In this document: positions 41,088 to 50,422 of the stretch, one piece after another
Position numbering within the stretch: position 1 is the stretch's first letter
Layout of the letters: every line of letters starts with the position of its first letter
NCBI GenBank assembly: GCA_030656615.1
Contig: JAUSOY010000017.1
Coordinates: forward strand, 50,153 to 114,152
Reading direction: 5' to 3'
DNA length: 64,000 nucleotides
From: Bacteroidales bacterium
GTDB taxonomy: Bacteria > Bacteroidota > Bacteroidia > Bacteroidales > TTA-H9
Position numbers and translations under genes: made by a program
The notes under the pieces: model-generated
What the model saw: only the letters and a program-made list of their open reading frames with translations
The model's database searches: none
Told to the model about the DNA's origin: nothing

Positions 41088-43259
41088 ATGAAACGAAAAC
41101 CACCCATAGCCCTCTTTACGCCACCGCTTTTACAACTCAACACACCATATCCGGCTACAGCTGTCCTGAAAGGGTATTTACAAAATGCAGGATATGAAGT
41201 TTACCATGCTGACCTCGGAATAGAACTGATTCATTGCATTTTTTCGAAACAAGGCCTTACCAGTGTTTTTTCAGAAGCCAACTTATCTAAATGCGACGAA
41301 CATACATCGAAAATATACAAATTCAGACATTCATACATCCAATGCATTGACCCGGTAATACGGTTTCTGGAAAACCCTGAAACAGCTGCGGCAACAAGAA
41401 TCATCAATCGGAATTGGTTACCAGAAGGCAAATCTTTTGAAAGTCTGGAAGACACAGAATTCGATTATGGTCCCTTAGGAATTACCGATTTTGCAAAACA
41501 TCTTTCAACATTGTTTTTAACGGATTTAGCGAACTTTATCCGTAAAACGATTGATCCTGGCTTCGAATTTATCCGCTATGCCTCAAAAATAAGCACTCAC
41601 CTTCCAAGCTTTGATCCCGCTTTAAAAATTCTCGACCAAACGCCTAATCTCATTCAGCGCGAATTAATACGCATTTTTGAAAATCATATTCAAAAAGCCA
41701 AACCCGAAGTGGTAGGCTTTACGATACCTTTCCCTGGCAATCTTATGGGCGGCTTATGGTGTGCCAAGCACTTAAAAGCAAATCATCCAAAAATTGTCAG
41801 CATTATGGGCGGAGGGTATCCTACGACCGAATTGAGACAACTCAGCGATAAACGGATCTTTGATTTTATTGACTATATTGTTCTGGATGAGGGCGAACAA
41901 TCGCTGGTGAAAATTCTTAAAACAATCGAAAATCCACAAACAGACGAAAAACCGAGTAATTGTTTTCAATTAATTCAGGACGAAATTGTATTTCATCCTT
42001 TGGTGGTAACAGATACAGATATACCCCCGGGGAAAATATCGCCAGACTTTTCCGGACTGCCATTTGATAAATACCTCAGCCTGATCGAATTCAGCAATCC
42101 AATGCACCGACTTTGGTCTGACGGGCGCTGGAATAAACTCACACTAGCGCGGGGATGTTATTGGGCAAATTGTGCTTTTTGCGGTACTTCTTTGAGTTAT
42201 ATTCGTGACTACCGCCCAGTGGATGCTTGTGTGATGGTGGACCAGATGGAAGAAATCATCCGGCAAACCGGGAATCACAGCTTTCATTTCACCGATGAGG
42301 CGGCTCCTCCCGCACTTTTACGCGAAATTAGTATTGAGATACTCAAACGCAAACTTCATGTAATCTGGTGGACTAATATCCGTTTCGAGAAATCATTCAC
42401 CCGCGATCTTTGCCGATTAATGTCGATGGCTGGTTGTATTGCAGTAAGCGGTGGTATAGAAACAGCCTCGGATCGCTTACTCAAAAAAATGAAAAAAGGA
42501 GTAAACATTGAGCAAGCCGCCAACGTTTGTCACCATTTTACCCAAACCGGGATTATGGTACACGCCTATCTGATGTATGGATTTCCTGGACAAACCGGTC
42601 GTGAAACGATTGATGCTCTGGAGGTTGTCAGACAATTCTTTGAACTTGGAATATTACAATCCGGATTTTGGCACCGTTTTGCCCTCACGATTCATAGTCC
42701 GGTATATTCAAACCCCGACAGTTTTGGTATTACTTTAAATGACAAACCTTTGCATCCTTTCGCCAATAACGAATGGAAATATACCGAGAAAGAAGCACGA
42801 CATCATGAACACTTTGATGATGGCCTCCGCACAGCCCAGTATAACTACATGAAAGGTGTAGGTTTTGAACAAGCTCTCAATACCTGGTTCAGACAAAGTC
42901 CGCCAAAAACATCACATCCTCCCACTCTGGTAAAACAATTCATTAAACCCGTTGAATTCATCAAGCCAACGAAACACCAAAAAGTACTTTGGCCTTTATA
43001 CGATGTAGAATACAGAGATGGCAAAAAATCTGCTCTCATCATTCATAAACCATCCGGAGTAATAGAATTACTATGTCCAGAACACTTTGGGCTCTCTTTT
43101 TTCAATTTATTAAAACAACATGAAAATGAAGGGATATATTGTTTTTCGCTCGAAGAATTTGAAAAAGCCTTCTTAACAGAATACGAAGGAACGGCATTTA
43201 TGTACTGGGAAACACCGTGGATGCTAAATTTACAGCATACCGGGCTTATTATCGTCTAA
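41088..43259 (+). CDS. B12-binding-domain-like radical SAM protein with a long C-terminal extension
   Basis: 723 aa. The N-terminal Rossmann-like region (IALFTPP..., IMGGGYPT) is split by a large insert. The cluster motif ARGCYWANCAFCG lies at nt 42156-42182 and is followed by a TIM-barrel-like core (GGIETASDRLL). Confidence 0.7.
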   Translation: MKRKPPIALFTPPLLQLNTPYPATAVLKGYLQNAGYEVYHADLGIELIHCIFSKQGLTSVFSEANLSKCDEHTSKIYKFRHSYIQCIDPVIRFLENPETAAATRIINRNWLPEGKSFESLEDTEFDYGPLGITDFAKHLSTLFLTDLANFIRKTIDPGFEFIRYASKISTHLPSFDPALKILDQTPNLIQRELIRIFENHIQKAKPEVVGFTIPFPGNLMGGLWCAKHLKANHPKIVSIMGGGYPTTELRQLSDKRIFDFIDYIVLDEGEQSLVKILKTIENPQTDEKPSNCFQLIQDEIVFHPLVVTDTDIPPGKISPDFSGLPFDKYLSLIEFSNPMHRLWSDGRWNKLTLARGCYWANCAFCGTSLSYIRDYRPVDACVMVDQMEEIIRQTGNHSFHFTDEAAPPALLREISIEILKRKLHVIWWTNIRFEKSFTRDLCRLMSMAGCIAVSGGIETASDRLLKKMKKGVNIEQAANVCHHFTQTGIMVHAYLMYGFPGQTGRETIDALEVVRQFFELGILQSGFWHRFALTIHSPVYSNPDSFGITLNDKPLHPFANNEWKYTEKEARHHEHFDDGLRTAQYNYMKGVGFEQALNTWFRQSPPKTSHPPTLVKQFIKPVEFIKPTKHQKVLWPLYDVEYRDGKKSALIIHKPSGVIELLCPEHFGLSFFNLLKQHENEGIYCFSLEEFEKAFLTEYEGTAFMYWETPWMLNLQHTGLIIV

Positions 43260-43289
43260 TAATATCACTCTTATAAACACTAATCATTC

Positions 43290-45200
43290 ATGTTTAAATA
43301 TCTGGTAACAATTCTTACGATATTCATCATAACCCCCATATTCGCACAAAATCTGTCTCCTTTTCCTGTAAAATCACTTTGGGATACAAACATTCTCAAT
43401 CTCGAAAATGATTCTTCGGATGAGATAAATATTTTTTCAGATTTGGGAGCCTGGTTTGGATTTGGTTTTAATGAAAATAATGCAAGCGGTTTCGCCGGAC
43501 CCTATTTTCTAACCGAACATAATGGATATTGGTTACATAACAGGAGTCTTGAATTGATAGTTGAAAATGAAAAAGGTAAAAAATTGAATCTGGAATGCCA
43601 GCAAAAAGCGGTCCCGGGAGCCTTAATCCAAAGCCTTTCAAACGATTCAGTCAGAATAAATACAAAACTAATTTACACTAGGTCGAATTCCGTCCTCGTT
43701 CAATACAGTTTATATTCTGGCAAAAAACAATCTTATCAACTGATATTTTCGATGAACGAAGGGGGAAATATCCACTCTTCCGAAGTGGTATATTCGATGA
43801 ATTCTGGCCTGGTTCGTTTTGTTTTCGAAAAAGATTTCAGACTAACAGCAAACACTGCCACTCGAAAATGTAATACCGGGAAGGATAAACCTTGTGTTTT
43901 CTACGTCGAGATTCGTTTCGAAGAATATGAAAAATCGGCGAAGCATTTAAAAAACAATCAGAAAGAGCAAGCCTTTGTTGACAATTCGAAGCGGTGGGAA
44001 AACTATCTGAGGGGTGCAAAAAACTTAAGCAGTGAGCACGCTGAGCTTTACGCGAAAAGTCTAATGACGCTTATTAATAACTGGCGAACAGCCCGGAGCG
44101 CCTTAAAACATGATGGCATTTTCCCATCAACTGCCTATAAAGGATTTCATGGTTTTTGGGCTTGGGATTCGTGGAAGCATTCCGTGGCTTTGGCAGCTAT
44201 CGAACCATCGTTGGCTAAAAATCAGATACGTGCCATGTTCGATTATCAGAATGAAGATGGCATGGTTGCCGATTGTATTTTTAGTGATACCCTCATCGAA
44301 AAACCAAACGAACGCAATACGAAACCACCACTTTCTGCCTGGGCAGTCTGGCAAATCCTCCAATTCGACCCCGACACCGCTTTCGCAAAAGAAATGCTTC
44401 CAAAACTCATTAAATATCACGAATGGTGGTACAAATTCCGCGATTACAACAATAACGGCATATGCGAATACGGAAGTAACGATGGAAGCCTAGAAGCTGC
44501 TGCCTGGGAAAGCGGAATGGATAATGCTGTCCGCTTTGATAGTGCTATTATGATAAAATCGACCGACAAATCATGGTCGATGAATCAGGAATCAGTCGAT
44601 TTAAATGCCTTTCTATGCGCTGAAAAAATATATATCTCCCAAATAGCAGGAATTGCCGGCGATTACCAATCCGAACATGAATACGGGGTGATGTATGCTA
44701 AATCTATAGAGAAAATCAGACAATGGTTTTATGATGAAGAAACAGCTTATTTTTTCGATAAAAACACAAGCACAGGCAAAGCCATCAAAATTTTTGGACC
44801 AGAGGCATGGATAATGCTATGGACCGGATTAGCGAGCCCCGACGAGGCCTATGGAGTAATGAAAATTATCATGAACGAAGACCATTTCAATACCTTTGTT
44901 CCGTTTCCAACGCTTTCGGCATCGCATCCTTCATTTAATCCACAAAAAGGGTATTGGCGCGGACCCGTTTGGATTGATCAGGCTTACTTTGCACTTGAGG
45001 GACTTTTACGATATGGTTATCATGAAGAAGCCAATAACATGATGAACAAACTTCTACTCAACTCAGAAGGCCTGCTTAATAGTGATTCTGCCATTCACGA
45101 AAACTACAATCCTATTAATGGCAAAGCCCTTAATGCAAGTCATTTCTCGTGGAGTGCGGCGCATCTGATAATGCTCCTTCAGAATAAAACCCTGAATTAA
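43290..45200 (+). CDS. secreted (alpha/alpha)6-barrel glycoside hydrolase, GH63/YgjK- or trehalase-like
   Basis: 636 aa with a signal peptide. The motifs GFHGFWAWDSWKH, ESGMDNAVRFD and YWRGPVWIDQAY resemble the GH63/GH37 clan. Substrate unknown. Confidence 0.65.
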   Translation: MFKYLVTILTIFIITPIFAQNLSPFPVKSLWDTNILNLENDSSDEINIFSDLGAWFGFGFNENNASGFAGPYFLTEHNGYWLHNRSLELIVENEKGKKLNLECQQKAVPGALIQSLSNDSVRINTKLIYTRSNSVLVQYSLYSGKKQSYQLIFSMNEGGNIHSSEVVYSMNSGLVRFVFEKDFRLTANTATRKCNTGKDKPCVFYVEIRFEEYEKSAKHLKNNQKEQAFVDNSKRWENYLRGAKNLSSEHAELYAKSLMTLINNWRTARSALKHDGIFPSTAYKGFHGFWAWDSWKHSVALAAIEPSLAKNQIRAMFDYQNEDGMVADCIFSDTLIEKPNERNTKPPLSAWAVWQILQFDPDTAFAKEMLPKLIKYHEWWYKFRDYNNNGICEYGSNDGSLEAAAWESGMDNAVRFDSAIMIKSTDKSWSMNQESVDLNAFLCAEKIYISQIAGIAGDYQSEHEYGVMYAKSIEKIRQWFYDEETAYFFDKNTSTGKAIKIFGPEAWIMLWTGLASPDEAYGVMKIIMNEDHFNTFVPFPTLSASHPSFNPQKGYWRGPVWIDQAYFALEGLLRYGYHEEANNMMNKLLLNSEGLLNSDSAIHENYNPINGKALNASHFSWSAAHLIMLLQNKTLN

Positions 45201-45267
45201 GTATTACTTCACAGGGGAATTACCATAAATTTTGAGGATTCCGTAAACGGTACCCAAACCAAGTAAT

Positions 45268-45360
45268 AAAACGAGACCACTTCCAAGCGACGTGGCTCCG
45301 CCTCACGGCGTTTGAATACAGATTAAGCCATGCCCGCCTTCCGTTAGTGGAGTCAGTTCC
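45268..45360 (-). ncRNA. candidate structured RNA or extragenic palindromic element (unassigned)
   Basis: This is a G+C-rich island (about 58% over nt 45277-45350 by my count) inside an AT-rich convergent intergenic region. It folds as an imperfect long hairpin: CCAC at 45277-80 pairs with GTGG at 45347-50 and GCCA pairs with TGGC. The apical stem CGCC/GGCG (45299-45310) closes a GUGA (GNRA) loop on the minus strand. A TTTTATT tract follows on the minus strand. Confidence 0.2.
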
Positions 45361-45454
45361 TGAGAATTAAAATTTGGAAATTTGTTAAACTAACAAGTAC
45401 AGTAATACGAATAGTTGCTCTTTCATATAGTAAGAAAAGCAATTAAATCTGTCT

Positions 45455-48400
45455 TTACAGGCCTATCCAAACCTTCCGGACAACTACACCAGACGGCCCC
45501 GTCAGTCTGACAATATAAAAAGCCGGTGCTACTTCCATTGCCAAGGTATTTGTTCCAGCCCTAAGAATCATCTGACGAACCAATTGCCCTTGCATCGAAT
45601 AAATCATGACCATTTGCATTTTGTCATTTTCGATTTTCAGCATTTTTCCTGAAGTATACACAAGGCTGTGATTGGTTTCCTCATTTACTGAGACACTTAA
45701 ACCAGCTACATGAAGAATAAATCGGGCTGGATCAGCACCAGGACTGTAATCAAATTCATACTCCGGATCGATGTGGAGACTGACCTGGCTACCTGTTTTT
45801 AAATCCTCCAAACTAAGTGTCACCCATGGATCAAAGGTCTGTTCTGCCATGGAAATAGAATACTGTCCTTGGATACCCGCTTCGAAAGAAAGAGGAACAT
45901 GCATGGATGGATCGGACAATGGCAAAGCATTTACTGAATATTTTCGGGTTTCGGTAACGGAATATATCTTCGGTAAAGCGGGATTTTCAGACGAAAAATA
46001 TGCAGCATCCATGCTGCCATCAAAACCTGTACCAGCAGTCATAGCATAACGGATAACGGTTTCATTCTGAAGGCTATTACCATTTACTTGCATCCGTACC
46101 ATATCCTTACGAAAAGTCGTATTTTTCGTGATACCCTGCGTATGATCATGCAGGCGTGCTGCCTGTGGAATAGAAAGCGGGCCCGTACTGGTAGCTCTAA
46201 CAAAGAATCCCTGACCTATTGGAATAATCCCATTTGAATTATAATTAACACCAATACCATCCACATATGTACACCAGCCATTATTGATTGAATTGCGGAT
46301 ATAAACGGCCCCCTCAATATTGGTTTTACTAACCAAATCCCAATCGATGGCCGAAGGGAATGGATTTCCAATCAAATTCCATCCTGACTCATTATAGGAA
46401 GATTTTGTGAGATTAATATCAATATTTCCTTGATGTAACAGTCCTTCAAAGGTTTTAACGCCCGAATTCTGATAGGCTACCAGATATCCCTCAGCAGAAG
46501 AAAACGAGCTGATGGCATTGGCAGCTATTTTTTGATTCAACCACTGATAACCCGGTTCATCCCATGAAAACATATCATATTCTCCACTAAGAGGAATAAA
46601 TCCATTTGCAATGCTTTGATTTTTAACCGGTGATGAAATAAAGTGCCAGCCATCTTCCGTTGCCGGCCATGTAGTTACACCTGAAATATATTGATTTACC
46701 TGAGCGATAACATCTGTGGTATTATGCATAAGCGATGCCGTTCCGGAGGCGTCTGATAATAATTCGAGCCCTGATGCACCGGCACTATTTATTAAACTAC
46801 CCGTAATCGTTAGTGACTTTCCCGGACTGACTTTTAATGAAGCTTGTGAAAGAATGGAAAGAGAACTCAGGCTGATATTCTCGGATATTATTGGCTGATT
46901 AGGAGCCGGGCCAACTTTTACATCCATTCCATTCACGGGTACACCATTATTCCAATTACCAGAATTGTCCCAGGCCGTGCTTAGTAATCCATTCCATGAT
47001 GTTGTAGCACCACAACTAACCACTACATTATCAAGTCTCCAGTAGGAAGTTGTTCCCGAAAACTTACGAAACTGGACATATACCTGAGAAAAAGATGAAT
47101 ACGTTGAGAGATCGACATTGCATACCGTCGTTCCATTTACTGTTGTGTTCGCGTGTGTATAGGTTGCAAGGGTCACAAACCCAGAAGATTGGGAGGATGT
47201 TGAAACCTCCACATAAAACGTTTTATCATTCGCGTTATCTGACCGCGACAAGTCAAAAGTTATTGCATTAGGATATTGAAGGCCAAGTGTAGCCAGCGTG
47301 CCATTATTGGAATTAAAGTCAGCCTTGCCTGGAGCCGTTGTAAAATTCACTCCGGTCGAAATCCAGCCGGAGGGCGAAGTAGTCGTTGTAAATTGTTCAA
47401 AAACACAAGGTGGGGCAGCCGTAATAATCTGCGTTGAAGGCACGATTTCATTAATTTTATAGTCGATTAATGGACCACCATTGGTATATGGAAATATTTT
47501 AAAATAATATACAGAAGTAGGATCAAGGTTATTAAATACAGCTGATATTGATGAAGAACCGACATTTTTAACCAAAAAAGCACTGTTTTCAGGAACACCA
47601 TCAACCGGCGCTATTATGGATGATAAACCGGTGGTACTGCCTTTGATTAAATATCCATCGGGGCTGGGTGCACCTGCAGAAGCAGTCCATGTTAATTGTA
47701 CAGCACTATAAGGAGGTTGATGGACGGCTCCTGCAAAGTTAGTAACATGCTGAGCAGGTTCGGCTTTGGGCGTAGCGTACTGCGGCCAGATCAAACCAGC
47801 ATAGTTCGGATTATCAATAAATGGATTCCGGTTATTCTGAAAACTACTGTAAATTGTATTATTTCTATCAATTTCTTTTTGAGAAACAGGATCCTGCATA
47901 TGCCACTGCATTAGCATGGCAAGAGCCCACGGTTTTGGCTGGCTTCCGGTAACCATTTCACTTCCTGGCCAAGCAGCATCCTCACCGAAATAACGAGTTG
48001 CCATATAAAAATAATTACGCGCCAAATCGCCTTTATATTCATCAATGGGTTCAAAAACAATTCCTGTATAACCGCTAACCGTACAAGGTCCTAATTTACT
48101 GCCATTACTGGAAGTATAAGTAGGCGCATCCACTTTTCCATAAGGATAATTCGAGCGGCGGGTATTAACATAGGAATCGGTCGGTATCACATGAAATAAA
48201 TCCGTATACATTGGGGCCACTTCACCACCAAACCAACTCTTAGGGAAACTGTGTTCTCTATTATACCCCATACCTTCCGAAGATACTGTAGCTCCTTGAT
48301 AAGGAGCCCCGAAGGTATATACAAACACCGGATTTCCATTGGGCGTCCCATTCGGTATATCAGAATACATGTCCCAGACTGTACTATTAGGCTTATCATC

Positions 48401-48589
48401 GGTGGTATAAAAGGCTGTCCAGATGGTTGTATAACTGATTGCTGTGTGGCTATCAATTATATCATGCAATGCCTGTTGAAGGGTGGTACCTGATAATCCG
48501 GCGGCAGGATCATAATATCCGGCGGGCTGGGCGATAGAAAATAATGGTAATAAAACTGCAAGCAGTACCCTTAAAGTAAACCGTTTCAT
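45455..48589 (-). CDS. secreted endonuclease I family nuclease fused to FN3/beta-sandwich domains and a T9SS type A C-terminal sorting domain
   Basis: 1044 aa with a signal peptide. The N-terminal Endonuclease_1-like motifs are YYDPAAGLSG..L...LHDII, YNREHSFPKSWFGG and DLFHVIPTDSYVNTRRSNYPYG. The C-terminal tail ...AFYIVRLTGPSGVVVRKVWIGL is typical of Por_Secre_tail. Confidence 0.75.
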   Translation of the reverse strand: MKRFTLRVLLAVLLPLFSIAQPAGYYDPAAGLSGTTLQQALHDIIDSHTAISYTTIWTAFYTTDDKPNSTVWDMYSDIPNGTPNGNPVFVYTFGAPYQGATVSSEGMGYNREHSFPKSWFGGEVAPMYTDLFHVIPTDSYVNTRRSNYPYGKVDAPTYTSSNGSKLGPCTVSGYTGIVFEPIDEYKGDLARNYFYMATRYFGEDAAWPGSEMVTGSQPKPWALAMLMQWHMQDPVSQKEIDRNNTIYSSFQNNRNPFIDNPNYAGLIWPQYATPKAEPAQHVTNFAGAVHQPPYSAVQLTWTASAGAPSPDGYLIKGSTTGLSSIIAPVDGVPENSAFLVKNVGSSSISAVFNNLDPTSVYYFKIFPYTNGGPLIDYKINEIVPSTQIITAAPPCVFEQFTTTTSPSGWISTGVNFTTAPGKADFNSNNGTLATLGLQYPNAITFDLSRSDNANDKTFYVEVSTSSQSSGFVTLATYTHANTTVNGTTVCNVDLSTYSSFSQVYVQFRKFSGTTSYWRLDNVVVSCGATTSWNGLLSTAWDNSGNWNNGVPVNGMDVKVGPAPNQPIISENISLSSLSILSQASLKVSPGKSLTITGSLINSAGASGLELLSDASGTASLMHNTTDVIAQVNQYISGVTTWPATEDGWHFISSPVKNQSIANGFIPLSGEYDMFSWDEPGYQWLNQKIAANAISSFSSAEGYLVAYQNSGVKTFEGLLHQGNIDINLTKSSYNESGWNLIGNPFPSAIDWDLVSKTNIEGAVYIRNSINNGWCTYVDGIGVNYNSNGIIPIGQGFFVRATSTGPLSIPQAARLHDHTQGITKNTTFRKDMVRMQVNGNSLQNETVIRYAMTAGTGFDGSMDAAYFSSENPALPKIYSVTETRKYSVNALPLSDPSMHVPLSFEAGIQGQYSISMAEQTFDPWVTLSLEDLKTGSQVSLHIDPEYEFDYSPGADPARFILHVAGLSVSVNEETNHSLVYTSGKMLKIENDKMQMVMIYSMQGQLVRQMILRAGTNTLAMEVAPAFYIVRLTGPSGVVVRKVWIGL

Positions 48590-48778
48590 AGTGGCAATTA
48601 TTAGCCTGTAATTATTTAGTCTTTCAGCCCTTAGGCAAAAACGCTAACAAAAGTAAGGCAAAAACAACTTCCTTCAGCAATAACAATCTCTTTTGTTTAT
48701 GGATTAGTCTCCAATAGAACAACTCTTTAAAAAACAGGCAATGTGAACTATATACACATGTTTAAAATGGATTTATAT

Positions 48779-48786
48779 TATCTTTG
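48779..48786 (+). promoter_or_regulatory. -7 promoter box (TATCTTTG)
   Basis: Perfect TAnnTTTG match, 31 nt before the TTG start at 48817. Confidence 0.4.
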
Positions 48787-48816
48787 AATCACAAATAGTA
48801 AAAAACAACGGTAACA

Positions 48817-50421
48817 TTGGATTGGTCTAATTCTGCCAAACACCTGATTTGGGTATTGGTGATTTTGGCTTGTTATGATGCGGTAGCCCAAAGAGAAACC
48901 GATAATTGGCTTTTCGGAAATTATGCTGGCATCAACTTTGCTTCGGGTACCTCGGTTTCGTTGGCAGGAAGTGCGATGAACAGTCCTGAAGGCTGCACAG
49001 CTATTAGTAATTCAAGCGGGGTGCTTCTTTTTTATTCGGATGGAATGACCGTATGGAATCGGAATCATTCTGTCATGTTAAATGGCACAGGATTACTCGG
49101 CAACAGTTCTTCCACCCAAAGTTCTATTATCATTCCAAAACCGGGTTCTGACCATCTTTATTTTCTATTTACTATACCATCAGGTAATTAGACCGGAAAC
49201 CTGCGTTATTCTCTAATAGATATGAACTTAGCATCCGGACTTGGAGGCGTCGTAACCACCGAAAAAAATATTTTTATTCAGGGAAATGTTTCAGAGAAAA
49301 TTACCGCGGCCCGGCATGCAAACAATTCAGATGTCTGGGTTATTATTCATGAAAGGGACAATGCTGTTTTTAAAGCCTATCTTGTTACAACAGCCGGAAT
49401 AAATCTGACTCCGGTTCAAAGTATTGTTGGATCAATTCACGAAAGTATAGGTTCCTATATAGGATATATGAAAACTTCTCCTGATGGTAATTATATTGCT
49501 TGTTCTGTTGCACCCCCGGGAAATTTTTGTGAATTATTCAGTTTCAATACCTCAACAGCCCTAATTAGTAATCCCATTAAATTTACCCAATTCATCTATG
49601 GGAGCATCTATGGGCTCGATTTTTCACTAAACTCCCGATATCTGTTCTTCAGTACCTCAGAATTGGGCATCATATACAAAGCTGACCTTCTATCCGGAGA
49701 TTCAGCTTCCATTATTGCCTGTCAGATTGGTGTGGTTACTATTGGAAGTAAAATTGGGGCTATCCAGTTAGGCCTTGATGCAAACATCTATTTTTCTCAA
49801 GAAAACTATCCAAACCTGCACGCAGTAATTTGCCCAGAAACATCCGCTTGCAACTCTTATATAATAAACTATGTTCCTTTAGGAGGAAATTCAACACGCA
49901 TGGGACTGCCAAATTTTTTCCCTGGATTATTATACACCCGACCTTTTACTTATGAAAATAAGTGCCTTTGGGATTCTACCTTCTTTTTTCCGATTCAAAC
50001 AAGCGGAATTGACTCAGTATTATGGGATTTTGGTGATCTTTTGTCAGGTGTTCAGAACACATCCAGCATGATAAATCCCTGGCATATATTTACATCGGCA
50101 GGTTCATTCATTATATCCCTTACATATTGGATTAATGGCATAAGCACCATTAAACAACAAATTATACAAATTCATCCTTTACCTCAGGTTGAGTTAGGAT
50201 CCGATACTTCACTTTGTGGTGGAAATACCGTTTTACTTAATGCCGGACTAGGTTTCGAAACGTATCTATAGAGCGATGGTTCAACCGGCAAAACTCTTTT
50301 AGTAACCGAAAGCGGTATCTACATGGTAATGGTAGGCGACGAAAATTCTTGCCAAAACAACGATAGTATAACAATTACCTTTTATCTGGTACCTAGTTCA
50401 CAATTTATTAAGCATCAATAA
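48817..50421 (+). pseudogene. surface/secreted repeat protein (the N-terminal region recalls the Bacteroidota family that usually ends in a gliding-motility/T9SS type B C-terminal domain; PKD-like module) interrupted by two in-frame TAG codons and lacking a sorting domain
   Basis: A single reading frame runs 48817-50421, with TAG at 49189-49191 and 50269-50271 and no frameshift. Sequence across the stops is family-like: ...IPSGN*TGNLRYSLIDMNLASGLGGV and ...NAGLGFETYL*SDGSTGKTLLVTESGIYMV. The PKD-like motif WDFGD is present. Confidence 0.6.
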
Positions 50422-50422
50422 A

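Noticed and set aside
45268-45360. Identification of the G+C-rich intergenic hairpin as the small SRP (4.5S) RNA.
   Set aside because: The minus strand contains ACGGAAGG, reminiscent of the SRP CCGGAAGG, but that GGAA is not closed by a stem. The flanking AGG and AGCAGC loop sequences of domain IV are absent, and the real apical loop is GUGA. I therefore kept it as an unassigned structured element.
48817-50421. Genome-wide reassignment of TAG (or pyrrolysine) as the explanation for the two in-frame TAG codons.
   Set aside because: TAG terminates at least four other genes in this window, at positions consistent with full-length proteins (7673-7675, 38667-38669, 41076-41078 and 56705-56707). 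No tRNA-CUA or pyl genes are present in the window.
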